Positions 9,577 to 19,688 of a DNA stretch of 64,000 nucleotides are shown one piece after another. The notes below the pieces were generated by a model that worked only from the letters and a program-made list of their open reading frames with translations, had not been told where the DNA came from and did not search any database. Position numbers and translations under genes: made by a program. This DNA comes from Candidatus Omnitrophota bacterium (GTDB lineage: Bacteria > Omnitrophota > Gorgyraeia > Gygaellales > Profunditerraquicolaceae): the NCBI GenBank assembly GCA_035403145.1, contig DAONEO010000004.1, positions 46,816 to 110,815 of the forward strand, in the 5' to 3' direction. Position 1 is the first letter of the stretch; every line of letters starts with the position of its first letter.

Positions 9577-10641
9577 ATGATTGCAATGAACCACAGGGAA
9601 TTTTTGCAGAAAACACGGAACATGATACGAGGGAAGCTTGTCCGCTCTTTACAGTTCCGGCCATTTTTGGTGGATATTCTCAAAAGGGTATTTTCGCATC
9701 CGTTTCTTGTCAATAATACGTTGTATCAAAAGGTGATTTTACAAAAAGCCCGTCAATTTGCACGCGCGCATCCAGATGGGATTATGGGTGTTTCTCTGGA
9801 AACAACGGTTCTTTGCAATTCGAAATGTGTTATGTGTAACCACCGGTATCATGATATGCGCGGGGTTATGGGCATGGAGCTTTTCAAAAAGATTGTTGCC
9901 GATTGTCTGGATAACCATATTTTAAGAATCGGCTTAAGCGTGTATGGCGAACCGTTCATGGATCCGCATCTCTTTGAGCGGATTCTATATTTGAGGGATT
10001 TTCAGATAGAGTACGGCCTTTCAACGAACGGATCCCTTCTGGATATGTCTTGTGCGGAAAAACTTTTCCGGATCGGCGGGCTTCGCCGGATAAATTTTTC
10101 CGTGTGCGGCTATTCACCGGAAGTCTACGAGTCTGTTATGCAGGGGCTTCAGCGGGATGTGGTATATGAAAATATCCGTAATTTCCTGCTTTTGAAAGAG
10201 CGGTATCACCGCACGGATATAGACGTTGTGATATCAACGGTAAAATTGCATGCCAACCAGCATGAAAGAAAAGAATTTATCCGTTTTTGGCAAAAACAGC
10301 CCGGCGTGAACAGTATTATAACTGCGGATTTATGGGATCGTGTCGGAGACCAGGGAATCGACGAAATTGGCTCCTTGGGGAACATGCATCGCAGAAATAA
10401 TTGGCTTGCTCCGTGCAAACAATTGTGGGGTGCCGCGAATGTTTATTTTGACGGCAGAGTCGCTCCGTGTTGCGATGATGCCGATACCAGAGAACTTATT
10501 GTCGGCGATTTAAATAAAGAATCGCTCCGGCAGGTCTATGCGGGAATACAATTCCGGCAGCTGCGTGCGTTGCATCTTGATAATAAAAGGCGGTTGCATC
10601 CTTTGTGCGGGAAGTGTTATCATTCCTGCGCGTGGATTTAA
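9577..10641 (+). CDS. Radical SAM protein with a C-terminal Cys-rich SPASM/twitch-like domain
   Basis: VSLETTVLCNSKCVMCNH is a CxxxCxxC radical SAM cluster motif. The C-terminus APCKQLWGAANVYFDGRVAPCCDD...CGKCYHSCAWI is a Cys-rich auxiliary-cluster domain. The exact start is uncertain, with 9577 or 9592 possible. Confidence 0.7.
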   Translation: MIAMNHREFLQKTRNMIRGKLVRSLQFRPFLVDILKRVFSHPFLVNNTLYQKVILQKARQFARAHPDGIMGVSLETTVLCNSKCVMCNHRYHDMRGVMGMELFKKIVADCLDNHILRIGLSVYGEPFMDPHLFERILYLRDFQIEYGLSTNGSLLDMSCAEKLFRIGGLRRINFSVCGYSPEVYESVMQGLQRDVVYENIRNFLLLKERYHRTDIDVVISTVKLHANQHERKEFIRFWQKQPGVNSIITADLWDRVGDQGIDEIGSLGNMHRRNNWLAPCKQLWGAANVYFDGRVAPCCDDADTRELIVGDLNKESLRQVYAGIQFRQLRALHLDNKRRLHPLCGKCYHSCAWI

Positions 10642-10678
10642 AAAGAGATTTGTGATAAACCAGAGAAAGAGCCGTTTG

Positions 10679-11734
10679 ATGGCTGTTGATGCGTGGTATT
10701 TGGAAAATTTGGTTTGCCCCCGGGATCACGGACGCTTGGTCGCCGAACAGGATGGTTTGTGCTGTTTGGTTTGCCGAGGGACATATCCTGTTGTTGCAGG
10801 AATTCCTGTTATGTTGCGTGATGATGTGGAGCAGACAATAGGGGTAGCTCAAGCGTCGATACGATGCGCGCACGGTCAGCGCACTGATATGCGGGCTCCG
10901 GATTTGTATCTCGAGACGCTTGGGGTGAACGATGAAGAAAAAACCTTGGCTGCTTCTTTATCCGGGACCTCCGCGATAGACCCTGTTGTCAGCGTCCTTA
11001 TCGGCGCGACATCAGGAAATATGTACCGACGGTTGATTGGTTCGCTGGACCGGTATCCAATTCCGGCATTACGATTAGAACCCGGTTCCGGGAAACGATT
11101 TTTAGATATTGGATGTAATTGGGGCAGATGGTCTATTGCCGCAACGCGGTTGGGTTATCAGGCGGTGGGGATTGATCCAAGCCTGGGGGCTATTCTTGCC
11201 GCCCGCCGAGTGAGTACAGGTTTGGGGATTGATATAAAATATGTTGTAGCCGATGGCAGATATCTTCCGTTCGGTGGCGGGTGCTTCGACGTTGTTTTTT
11301 CTTACAGCGTTTTGCAGCATTTTTCAAAAAATGATGTTGCGATCTGCCTCCGGGAAGTCTCCCGTTTGTTGAAAATCAAAGGATATTGTTTTATCCAGCT
11401 GGCCAATGTGTTTGGTATCCGGAGTTTCTATCATCAACTCAAAAGAGGATTTCAAGAACCAAAGGGGTTTGATGTACGGTATTGGTCGCCGCGGTGCATA
11501 CAACGCACATGTAATGCGCTTATCGGGAAAACAACGCTTGCGGTTGACGGTTATTTTGGGCTGGGTATTCAAGAAAGCGACTGGGCATTAATGCCGGGCT
11601 ATTATAAGGCGGTCATTGCTTTGTCTGAAACGCTGCGCAGGATAAGTACCGTCTTTGTACCGCTGGTTTATGGCGCCGATAGCTTGTACGCTAAGGCAAT
11701 AAAAATCGGCGATGGTGATGAGAGGCTGCCGTAA
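10679..11734 (+). CDS. Class I SAM-dependent methyltransferase with an N-terminal Trm112-like zinc-ribbon
   Basis: The N-terminus LVCPRDHGRL...LCCLVCRGTYPVVAGIPVML is a Trm112/YbaR-type motif. FLDIGCNWGRWS and ...VFSYSVLQHF are the methyltransferase motifs I and post-I. The ORF opens at 10538, overlapping the upstream gene, and ATG 10679 was chosen. Confidence 0.65.
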   Translation: MAVDAWYLENLVCPRDHGRLVAEQDGLCCLVCRGTYPVVAGIPVMLRDDVEQTIGVAQASIRCAHGQRTDMRAPDLYLETLGVNDEEKTLAASLSGTSAIDPVVSVLIGATSGNMYRRLIGSLDRYPIPALRLEPGSGKRFLDIGCNWGRWSIAATRLGYQAVGIDPSLGAILAARRVSTGLGIDIKYVVADGRYLPFGGGCFDVVFSYSVLQHFSKNDVAICLREVSRLLKIKGYCFIQLANVFGIRSFYHQLKRGFQEPKGFDVRYWSPRCIQRTCNALIGKTTLAVDGYFGLGIQESDWALMPGYYKAVIALSETLRRISTVFVPLVYGADSLYAKAIKIGDGDERLP

Positions 11735-11739
11735 TATTT

Positions 11740-13266
11740 TTATAATCCCCGGTCCAAACTTCTGTATTGTATAGCTTCCGCAATATGCTCTTCTTTGATG
11801 CATGATGATTCTTCCAGATCAGCAATTGTCCGCGAAACCTTCAGGATTTTGTCAAAAGCGCGTGCCGATAAACGCAGCTCAAGCATTGCCATTTCTAACA
11901 ATTTTTCGGCATTGGCTTGGAGATTACAGTATTTTTTTATCAGGGGGATATTCATTTGAGAATTATACAGAATCCCTTCTGATTGGAAGCGTTCCTTTTG
12001 TTTAATTCCCGCTTTCTCTACCCGGGCCCGTATTGTTATCGATGATTCGGTTTCTTTCGAACTTGTTAGTTCTTGATACGCCAGAGAAGAAAGTTCAACA
12101 TGGATATCAATTCTGTCAAGAAGAGGACCGGATATTTTGTTGTGGTAGCGCTGAATTTTATTGGGGTTACACCGGCATGGTTTGTGCCGATCACTGTAGA
12201 ATCCGCACGGGCAGGGGTTCATTGCTGCGGTAAGAAGGAACGATGCCGGGAAAACCGCTGTTTGATGTTGCCGGCAAACCGTTATGCTGTTTTCTTCAAG
12301 CGGTTGCCGGAGCGCCTCCAGGCAATTCCGGTTGAATTCCGGTAGCTCATCGAGAAAGAGCACTCCCCGGTGGGCCAGACTTATTTCTCCGGGTTTCGGG
12401 ACTGACCCGCCACCGACCAGCGAAATGTGCGATGCGGTGTGGTGCGGATTCCGGAAGGGCCGGGTGAATATAATGCCGTCTTTTGCTGATTGCGTGCCTG
12501 CCGCGGAATGGATATTGGTAATTTCTAGAGCTTCTTGACGAGTCAGCGGCGGCATGATAGTAGGGATGCGCTTTGCCAGCATTGTTTTTCCGCTGCCGGG
12601 AGGCCCTACAAAAAGGATGTTATGCCAGCCGGCAACGGCGACTTCCACCGCCCGTTTTGCCAGATGCTGGCCTTTTATTTCGGAAAAATCAGACGTGTAT
12701 ACCTGCTGCTGCCCCGGAGTGGGGGATGTCTGATGGATAAATGGCAGGATGTTGGCTTGATTGTGTAAAAATTCAACAACTTCCCGTAACGTGCTTGCCG
12801 GATAACACCTGATCCCTTCTACAATCGCTGCTTCTGCGGCATTGTGCTGGGATACAATGATGCTTTGTATCGATGATTGAGCCATTGCCAGGGCGATGGG
12901 GAGTGTTCCGGCAATGGGTTGTAAAGATCCGTCTAATCCCAAGCCTGCGGCAAAGATATGGTGTTGCAAATGTGCGGGGTTTATTTGTCCCGTAGCCGCA
13001 AGAATCCCAAGGGCTATCCCGAGGTCAAAGAGGACGCCTTCTTTTTTGATATCTGCAGGAAGAAGGCTGATGGTAACCCGCTCGTATGGCCATTCAAATC
13101 CGGCATTTTTTATGGCTGATTTTACGCGTTCTTTGCTCTCGCGGATGGCAGTATCAGCTAATCCCACCAGCAAGACAGCCGGCAGTCCGCTTGAAACATC
13201 TACCTCGGTCTCAACAGGATATGCCTGGATTCCCGCTATTCCATAACCTTTAATCTTTGCCAGCAT
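11740..13266 (-). CDS. comM: Mg-chelatase-like AAA+ ATPase, YifB/ComM family
   Basis: The N-terminal Lon-protease-like domain MLAKIKGYGIAGIQAYPVETEVDVSSGLPAVLLVGLADTAIRESKERV, the Walker A GPPGSGKT and a C-terminal Mg-chelatase ChlI-like domain are all characteristic of YifB/ComM. Confidence 0.85.
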   Translation of the reverse strand: MLAKIKGYGIAGIQAYPVETEVDVSSGLPAVLLVGLADTAIRESKERVKSAIKNAGFEWPYERVTISLLPADIKKEGVLFDLGIALGILAATGQINPAHLQHHIFAAGLGLDGSLQPIAGTLPIALAMAQSSIQSIIVSQHNAAEAAIVEGIRCYPASTLREVVEFLHNQANILPFIHQTSPTPGQQQVYTSDFSEIKGQHLAKRAVEVAVAGWHNILFVGPPGSGKTMLAKRIPTIMPPLTRQEALEITNIHSAAGTQSAKDGIIFTRPFRNPHHTASHISLVGGGSVPKPGEISLAHRGVLFLDELPEFNRNCLEALRQPLEENSITVCRQHQTAVFPASFLLTAAMNPCPCGFYSDRHKPCRCNPNKIQRYHNKISGPLLDRIDIHVELSSLAYQELTSSKETESSITIRARVEKAGIKQKERFQSEGILYNSQMNIPLIKKYCNLQANAEKLLEMAMLELRLSARAFDKILKVSRTIADLEESSCIKEEHIAEAIQYRSLDRGL

Positions 13267-13385
13267 TGTAGTTTCCTCCCTGATAAAAAGGTATCGTTCT
13301 GAATAATTGCTCCAGAATAATAGACGTCTGAGCTGCCAAATTCTAACAAAAAAACTTGCTTTTTACCGGTCCTGCTTTATAATAG

Positions 13386-14024
13386 GTGTTCAGGTATATT
13401 CCTATGAAAATCAGAAAAACATATCTTTTTATTATCCTGCTTTCCGCCATCACGGCGTATAGCTTATTTATGTATATCTCTTCCCAGAAAGAGCGGTATC
13501 AGCTTTTAGATACCCTTTCTCAGGCTCAAGGACGGGCGCAATCTCTGGAACAAGAGAATGGTGATTTGCGTGTTTCTTTAGCTCAGGAAAAGGAGCAGGA
13601 AGCAAAGCTTGTACGGGAAAATACATTGCTCAAAGGCGGTTTAAAGGCCGGGAAGCAAAAAATCGGTAAACTTCATAAACAGGTGCAGAATGCCGATGCT
13701 TTTGGCAATGATTTGAAAGCTCAATTTACCCTGGTTAAGACGGAAAATGAAATACTCAGAAAAGACCGGGATGAAATTAACTCAAAGTTTTCTCAAACTG
13801 TCCAGGAGAATGAGTCTTTAAAGGTTAAATTAAGTTCGATAGCGGAACTTAAAAAAGCAATTCGCGAAGTCAAAAAACAAATGCGCGGGGTGGCTGTTTC
13901 CATTTTCCATAAGGTTGAGGCGCCCCGGATTATTGGCGGCAACGGCGGTTATATTATTCGAAACGGTAAGCCTACCTCCCCACCGAAAATAAAAATTGAA
14001 GTCAAGCCTGTTTCGGAGAAATAA
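13386..14024 (+). CDS. Membrane-anchored coiled-coil protein, function unknown
   Basis: An N-terminal TM segment LFIILLSAITAYSLFMYI is followed by heptad-rich Q/E/K/L sequence. No motif was recognised. Confidence 0.4.
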   Translation: MFRYIPMKIRKTYLFIILLSAITAYSLFMYISSQKERYQLLDTLSQAQGRAQSLEQENGDLRVSLAQEKEQEAKLVRENTLLKGGLKAGKQKIGKLHKQVQNADAFGNDLKAQFTLVKTENEILRKDRDEINSKFSQTVQENESLKVKLSSIAELKKAIREVKKQMRGVAVSIFHKVEAPRIIGGNGGYIIRNGKPTSPPKIKIEVKPVSEK

Positions 14025-14026
14025 TC

Positions 14027-14473
14027 ATGTCCGAAATATTCATTGATATTTGCAAGAACAAAATTTTTGTAACAACGATTCTTGCCTGGGTCGTTGCCCA
14101 GACAATCAAAGTGTTAATCGGCGTCGTCCGCCAGAAGAAATTTGATTTCCGTTGGTTTGTGGGGACCGGCGGCATGCCGTCAAGTCATGCTGCAGGAGCT
14201 TCGTGTTTAGCGGCGGCCAGCGGCTTGGAGTATGGTTTTGACAGCGTTTTTTTTGCGCTCGCCGCTTCTTTTGCGTTGGTGGTTATGTTTGATGCGCAAG
14301 GTGTTCGCCGGTCAGCCGGAAAACAAGCGCAGCTTTTGAATATGATCACCGAAGATATTTATTGGCAGGGAAAAATCAAAGAAAACAGATTACGGGAACT
14401 TATCGGGCATACTCCGGTGGAGGTTATTGTTGGAGGTCTCGTGGGTATTACCGTTGCTTTTTTAGCCGGGTAG
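14027..14473 (+). CDS. Divergent PAP2 / acid phosphatase-vanadium haloperoxidase-related membrane protein (DUF212/YuiD-like)
   Basis: GGMPSSHAAGASCLAAA and FDAQGVRRSAGKQAQLLN match the conserved DUF212 motifs. The protein has four TM segments. Confidence 0.6.
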   Translation: MSEIFIDICKNKIFVTTILAWVVAQTIKVLIGVVRQKKFDFRWFVGTGGMPSSHAAGASCLAAASGLEYGFDSVFFALAASFALVVMFDAQGVRRSAGKQAQLLNMITEDIYWQGKIKENRLRELIGHTPVEVIVGGLVGITVAFLAG

Positions 14474-14518
14474 CTGCGCCATTGCGCGTTGCGGGATCCC
14501 GCTTGATACGAGCATAGA

Positions 14519-15364
14519 GTGTTCGAGGAGGCTTTCGTGGATAGAAAAATTGCGTTAGGGATTATTATCGGCGTGGCGGCGATCGGGTTGGTTTTTGCCG
14601 CGTTTTTTGCGGGTCGTTCAAAACAACCGGTGTCGGTGGATTCTAAAAAAGCGGTTATTCCGGTATCGGCGTCGGCAATCCTTGCACAGGCAAAAGATTT
14701 CGAGGTCAAGGGGAACCTTCTTGATGCAAAAACCGCCTATCAGAAATTGGTTACCGAGTATCCGAATCTTTCCGATGTTATGACCTGGCAGCGTAAGCTT
14801 GAAGAGCTTACCATGAAATTGCTTTTTTCCCCTGTTATTACCCCTAAAAGTATTCAATATGAGATCAAACCGGGAGATACGCTTGCGCGGATCGCAAAAG
14901 ATAATAAAACCACGGTTGAACTTATCAAACGCAGCAATAATCTGTCCAGTGACAATATCGTCCCCGGTAAAAAACTAAAGATCTGGACGGCCCCGTTGAG
15001 CATTCTCGTCTATAAGGGCCAGAATATCCTGATATTGAAGGCGGACGAGGAAATTATTAAAACCTATATCGTTTCAACAGGGGCCAATAATTCCACGCCT
15101 GTTGGAACGTATAAAATCGTCACGAAGTTACCGAACCCGACCTGGTTTAAGGCAGGCGCTGTTGTCGCCTCAGGAAGCGCGGATAATCAGCTTGGTACCC
15201 GCTGGCTTGGCTTTAATCTGCAGGGGTACGGTATCCACGGAACAATCGATCCCCAGAATTTAGGTAAACAAGTGACACAGGGTTGTGTCCGTATGGCCAA
15301 TGCAGATGTTGAAGAAGTTTTTGCCATTGTCCCTTCAGGCACAACTGTGACTATCGTTGACTAG
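14519..15364 (+). CDS. L,D-transpeptidase (YkuD fold) with a LysM domain and an N-terminal TM anchor
   Basis: The LysM reads YEIKPGDTLARIAKDNKTTVELIKRSNNL...PGKKLKIW. The YkuD catalytic motif is GYGIHGT...GCVRMANADVEEVF, containing the His and Cys. Confidence 0.7.
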   Translation: MFEEAFVDRKIALGIIIGVAAIGLVFAAFFAGRSKQPVSVDSKKAVIPVSASAILAQAKDFEVKGNLLDAKTAYQKLVTEYPNLSDVMTWQRKLEELTMKLLFSPVITPKSIQYEIKPGDTLARIAKDNKTTVELIKRSNNLSSDNIVPGKKLKIWTAPLSILVYKGQNILILKADEEIIKTYIVSTGANNSTPVGTYKIVTKLPNPTWFKAGAVVASGSADNQLGTRWLGFNLQGYGIHGTIDPQNLGKQVTQGCVRMANADVEEVFAIVPSGTTVTIVD

Positions 15365-15380
15365 CCAGCCCCCTCGACCT

Positions 15381-16331
15381 ATGCATGGACTTGATTTTGA
15401 AAAACCAATTCTTGAATTAGAGAAGAAGATCCAGGAACTTAAAAACCTCGGCCGCGACAATAAGAAAATCGATATTGTTGCCGAAGTAAAAAAACTGGAA
15501 GAGAAGCTTAACCGTTTGCGTAAAGAAATATACGGTACTCTTTCTGCCTGGCAACGGGTGCAGATTGCCCGCCATCCGCAACGGCCATATACGCTTGATT
15601 ATGTAGCGATGATGATGACTGATTTTATCGAGCTTCATGGTGATCGGGCGTTTGCCGACGATAAAGCGTTGATTACCGGAATGGCTCGTTTTGACGGACA
15701 AAAAGTCGTTATTATGGGGCATCAAAAAGGGCGGGATACCAAGGAAAATTTAAAACGTAATTTTGGCTGCGCGCATCCGGAAGGATACCGCAAGGCACTG
15801 CGGGTTATGGAACTGGCGGATAAATTTAAATTACCGATTCTGGTTTTTATTGATACCCCCGGGGCATATCCGGGAGTTGATGCGGAAGAGCGGGGGCAAG
15901 CTCAGGCAATTGCGTTAAACTTGCGTCAAATGGCTCTTATCGGAGTTCCCATTATTGCAACGGTTATTGGTGAAGGGGGTTCCGGTGGTGCACTTGGTAT
16001 CGGCGTGGCCGATCGCGTCTGTGTTCTAGAAAATGCGTATTACTCCGTTATTTCTCCTGAAGGGTGCGCAGCAATTCTTTGGAAAAGCGGAACAAAGGCT
16101 CCGGAAGCTGCCGAAGTCCTGAAATTAACCGCGCCGGATCTTTTAAAGCTGGGTATTATTGATGAAGTTGTCCCTGAACCGTTAGGCGGTGCGCATCGTG
16201 ATCCTCAGGAAATGGGGCAGGCCCTGAAAGAAGTGATCAAGCGGCGGTTAAAGGAATTAATGCCGCTGGATCGTACTGAACTTCTTGATGAACGTTACAA
16301 AAAATTCAGGTCAATCGGCAAGTTTGCATGA
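15381..16331 (+). CDS. accA: Acetyl-CoA carboxylase carboxyltransferase alpha subunit
   Basis: LDFEKPILELEKKIQEL...RHPQRPYTLDYV...ITGMARFDGQKVVIMGHQKGRDTKENLKRNFG is a hallmark AccA sequence. The ORF opens at 15357. Confidence 0.9.
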   Translation: MHGLDFEKPILELEKKIQELKNLGRDNKKIDIVAEVKKLEEKLNRLRKEIYGTLSAWQRVQIARHPQRPYTLDYVAMMMTDFIELHGDRAFADDKALITGMARFDGQKVVIMGHQKGRDTKENLKRNFGCAHPEGYRKALRVMELADKFKLPILVFIDTPGAYPGVDAEERGQAQAIALNLRQMALIGVPIIATVIGEGGSGGALGIGVADRVCVLENAYYSVISPEGCAAILWKSGTKAPEAAEVLKLTAPDLLKLGIIDEVVPEPLGGAHRDPQEMGQALKEVIKRRLKELMPLDRTELLDERYKKFRSIGKFA

Positions 16332-16846
16332 CAGAGCAGGAATTAATATTATTAGGGCTTTTGCACGAAAGTCCTAAACATGGTTACGAAATAAAAAAGA
16401 AAATCCGCGAAATCCTGTTCCTTTTTGCGGGCGTCGATTTAAAGTCAATTTATTATCCTCTCGGGATCCTTGAGAAAAAAGGGTATGTCCATAAACGCAC
16501 CGGCCGTCAGGGAAAAAGGCCGGAACGCTATGTTTATGCGCTTACTCCGCTGGGTGAGACGCGTTTTAATGAACTCCTTTCGAAGAGTTTCCTTGATTTT
16601 AAGCGGCCGCAATTCAGTCTTGATTTGAGCCTGTATTTTTTACAATATATTCCCGCGCATGTTTCGCGTCGACGTCTGCGTGCGCGGTTGCAATTATTGT
16701 CTGGTTTGTGCCGCAGTATGCGCCAGATGATTACCGCAGCCCGGAAAAAGGGGCCTCGACAACTTACCTATATCTTAGAGCATAATCTTTCCATGGTGGA
16801 AGCTGAGGCGACATTTTTACGGGGATTAATCAATACGCTTGAATAA
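16328..16846 (+). CDS. PadR-family transcriptional regulator
   Basis: LLGLLHESPKHGYEIKKKI...YYPLGILEKKGYV is the PadR winged-helix signature. The gene overlaps the accA stop by 4 nt. Confidence 0.6.
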   Translation: MTEQELILLGLLHESPKHGYEIKKKIREILFLFAGVDLKSIYYPLGILEKKGYVHKRTGRQGKRPERYVYALTPLGETRFNELLSKSFLDFKRPQFSLDLSLYFLQYIPAHVSRRRLRARLQLLSGLCRSMRQMITAARKKGPRQLTYILEHNLSMVEAEATFLRGLINTLE

Positions 16847-16899
16847 CGCAGGGGATTGTTTTTCTTGATGATGCGGTAAATCTTGCTATAATAACGTAT

Positions 16900-18366
16900 A
16901 TGCTGAAATTCTCCGAAATTATTACAGAATCCATTACATGGACAGGAACGGTTCTTTTCCGGCCGTTTCGTCTTAAAAAATGGATTTTTCTTGCTCTCGT
17001 TGCTCTCTTCGCAGGGCAGCTTCCAGGAACGTTTAATTCTTCTAACAATTTGTCTCCCGATAGAAAACAGGCACACGCGCAGACCCAGGGCATTGCACCG
17101 GCACCGGCGACTTCCCAAACAACAGCGGATCGTCCTATCATTGATGTATTACGTGCGTCGAAACAAGAATTTGTCAAATATACATCGGACAGTAGGTTTG
17201 TTCCGCTAGCCTGGGGTATCGGGCTGGTTGTTGCGTTTCTTGTTTTACTGATGATTTGGATTTCCAGCCGTTTTTCGTTTATCTTTGTCGACGATGTTGT
17301 TAAAAATGATGCTTCTATCCGCGCCCCGTTCCGCGCCTATAAAAAGGCAGGTAATTCCCTGTTTGGTTTTGCGTTGATTACCGCAATTATTTCATTGGGG
17401 ATTTCTCTTTTGTTTTCGTGGGGAGCGTTCACGGCGCTTTTGAAAACAGGCGTTTTAAATCAAACATTTACCTGGACATTTGTTGCGCAGGCAACGGGGA
17501 TTATTTGGCCCTGGCTGCTTGCTCTTCTTGTAGTTTTGTGCGGCATCATACTTATTCATTTTCTTGTCTATGATTTTGTTGTGCCGGTTATGTATACAGA
17601 GAAGGTTGGCGTGTGCGCCGGTTGGAAAAAAGTCCTTTCTATTGTTGGCGGGCATGTTTTCGATACGGTTTGCTATGCGTTTTTAAAAGTCGTCCTGTAT
17701 ATTGCTTCATTGATTGTGCTGATGTTTGTTGGTCTTGTCGCTTTCGCAGGGCTCTTATTTCAAGGTTTTATCGGTGCGATTATTGCGTTCGGGATATATA
17801 AAATTTCACCGCTTGTTTTGCATCTGCCGTATAAGATTATTTTTATTGGTGTTGCTGTGCCGGTTGTTATCGTGCTTGCGTGTGCTTTTATATGTTTAGC
17901 GTTGCCTATCGCAGTATTCTTCCGGACGTTCAGCATTAAATTTCTCGGCCGCCTGATTCCCGAATATACGTTTTTTACATTGTGCAGACAGTGCGCCGCG
18001 GAGCACCCCGATACCGCAGGATATTGCGCCGCTTGTAGCGCGGTTCGAAAAGGAGAGGTGCCGGTCAAACCATACCGGTCGCCGGCATTAGCAGCTATCA
18101 TGAGTTTTGTTGTCAGCGGATTCGGTCAGATTTATAACGGACAGGTGGCAAAGGGGCTTTTGTTTTTCTTTACGTCGTGGCTTGTTGTTCCCTGGGTTTT
18201 CGGTATTCGAGATGCATATAAAACCGCCCGGAAGATTAATGAGGGGGTTTTGATTACGAAGAAACGGTTGGGTTGTTTGCTGGCAATGGCAATTGCTGTT
18301 GCGGTACTTGCGCTTATTGTCCTTGTTCTTGCGGTGGCAGCCAGTTTTCTAATTCAAAAAAGGTGA
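16900..18366 (+). CDS. Polytopic membrane protein with a C-terminal zinc-ribbon and a TM2-like domain
   Basis: Many TM helices are predicted. CRQCAAEHPDTAGYCAACSA is a zinc ribbon, and SGFGQIYNGQVAKGLLFF resembles the TM2 domain motif. Confidence 0.4.
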   Translation: MLKFSEIITESITWTGTVLFRPFRLKKWIFLALVALFAGQLPGTFNSSNNLSPDRKQAHAQTQGIAPAPATSQTTADRPIIDVLRASKQEFVKYTSDSRFVPLAWGIGLVVAFLVLLMIWISSRFSFIFVDDVVKNDASIRAPFRAYKKAGNSLFGFALITAIISLGISLLFSWGAFTALLKTGVLNQTFTWTFVAQATGIIWPWLLALLVVLCGIILIHFLVYDFVVPVMYTEKVGVCAGWKKVLSIVGGHVFDTVCYAFLKVVLYIASLIVLMFVGLVAFAGLLFQGFIGAIIAFGIYKISPLVLHLPYKIIFIGVAVPVVIVLACAFICLALPIAVFFRTFSIKFLGRLIPEYTFFTLCRQCAAEHPDTAGYCAACSAVRKGEVPVKPYRSPALAAIMSFVVSGFGQIYNGQVAKGLLFFFTSWLVVPWVFGIRDAYKTARKINEGVLITKKRLGCLLAMAIAVAVLALIVLVLAVAASFLIQKR

Positions 18367-18382
18367 TTAAGGAGTTTAGGGT

Positions 18383-19111
18383 ATGTATATGAGACGCGTG
18401 ATTGCGATGATGTTGGCAATACTTGTGTTTGGGATAGGCGTGGTGTATGCCGATATGGTGGTTTTAAAATCAGGCAAAAAAGTTGAGGGAAAAATCACCG
18501 AGCGGAAAACCGATCTTATCATGGTCGATGTGGAAGGCGTGGGGGTACCGTATTTTCTCGATGAGATCTCTGAGATAAACGGAGAGAAGGTAGTCCCTCC
18601 GGCACCTGTTGTTGTTCCTCCGCAATCGTCACCGGTTGCGCCAAACGCCGCGTCAAATCCTCTTGTCGGAAGCGCAACGACAGCGACACATGACTCTGTG
18701 GCAGGAAGTTCCCTGCGCCAAGATGATATCGAAAGAACAAATGCTCAAACAAAGGCAATCATGCTTATCGGTGTTATTATGATCGGCATTATCGTGTTGA
18801 TCTATATTTATATTTCACTGTGCCTTTTTTTAATTGCCAAAAAATTGGCCAAAGAACCCGCCTGGCTTGCCTGGATTCCCATTGGTAATCTTTTTCTGGT
18901 ATGTAATCTTGCCGGTATCCGATACTGGTGGCTTTTAGTGTTACTGTCTGCTATTTTACCGTATCTGGCAATTTTGGCAGGTATGGCATTTTCTGCGTTT
19001 GTTTGGTGGCATATCTCGAAAACCCGGGGAAAACCCGCATGGCTGGGGATTCTTACTATTCTTCCGGTGGTCAATTTTATTATTATCGGGTATTTGGCTT
19101 TTAGCGAATAA
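18383..19111 (+). CDS. Secreted or membrane protein of unknown function: a signal peptide, a Pro-rich linker and a C-terminal multi-TM region
   Basis: An AAGGAG RBS precedes the start. A signal-like MRRVIAMMLAILVFGIGVVYA is followed by a PPAPVVVPPQSSP linker and three or four TM helices. Confidence 0.4.
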   Translation: MYMRRVIAMMLAILVFGIGVVYADMVVLKSGKKVEGKITERKTDLIMVDVEGVGVPYFLDEISEINGEKVVPPAPVVVPPQSSPVAPNAASNPLVGSATTATHDSVAGSSLRQDDIERTNAQTKAIMLIGVIMIGIIVLIYIYISLCLFLIAKKLAKEPAWLAWIPIGNLFLVCNLAGIRYWWLLVLLSAILPYLAILAGMAFSAFVWWHISKTRGKPAWLGILTILPVVNFIIIGYLAFSE

Positions 19112-19195
19112 AACATTTCGTATCCCGCACTTATAAATTCTTTCTCCTCCCCTTGAAAACCGATAAATCTCACGGTATACTTTAAGCACATACTA

Positions 19196-19268
19196 GGCCT
19201 GTCCCTTAAGGGGCAGGCAATGCCACGGCGACAAAGGGTTTATCCTTAAGGCCGTGGTTTTTTTTGGG
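19196..19268 (+). terminator. Intrinsic terminator candidate: two hairpins followed by a T8 run
   Basis: The first hairpin is CCTGTCCC-TTAA-GGGGCAGG and the second is GCCACGGC...GCCGTGG, immediately followed by TTTTTTTT at 19258-19265. Confidence 0.5.
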
Positions 19269-19277
19269 AGATACGTA

Positions 19278-19688
19278 ATGCGGGATCTTTCCAACAGGCT
19301 TCCATTTGAAGACAGGCGGCGTTTTCAGCGATTGAGCGTCAATATTACGGTTTTCTTCCAGATCGAAGAGCCGGGTGATCTGCGCCAAACCATTGGTTCT
19401 CAGGAAATTGAAGCAACGACCGTTAATATCAGTGAAGGAGGTATGGCCTTTATAACGCGCCATAACTTGCCTGCCTGGACAAAGCTCGCCGTTAAGTTTT
19501 ACCTTTTTAAAAGCGGTATGAGCCGCGGGATTTTGCGTTTTATGAAGCCAGTTCGTATTGCCGCGGAAGTCCGGACAAATCTTGCTCTTGAAATGAATGA
19601 ATATCGAGTCGGTGTCAGTTTTAAGGATGTCAGTCCCGTTGATCAAGAGCGCTTGAGCGCTTTCTTCCGGTCAGTATCGTGTAACTAG
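19278..19688 (+). CDS. PilZ domain protein (second paralog)
   Basis: DRRRFQRL is the RxxxR motif and NISEGGMAF is the xxSxxG motif. A GGGAGA RBS lies 7 nt upstream of ATG 19278. The ORF opens at 19254, inside the terminator. Confidence 0.55.
   Translation: MRDLSNRLPFEDRRRFQRLSVNITVFFQIEEPGDLRQTIGSQEIEATTVNISEGGMAFITRHNLPAWTKLAVKFYLFKSGMSRGILRFMKPVRIAAEVRTNLALEMNEYRVGVSFKDVSPVDQERLSAFFRSVSCN

Noticed and set aside
14491-14502. The perfect palindrome GCGGGATCCCGC after the DUF212 gene, as a possible terminator
   Set aside because: The stem is 4-5 bp with a 2-4 nt loop and no T-run. It is too weak to call.
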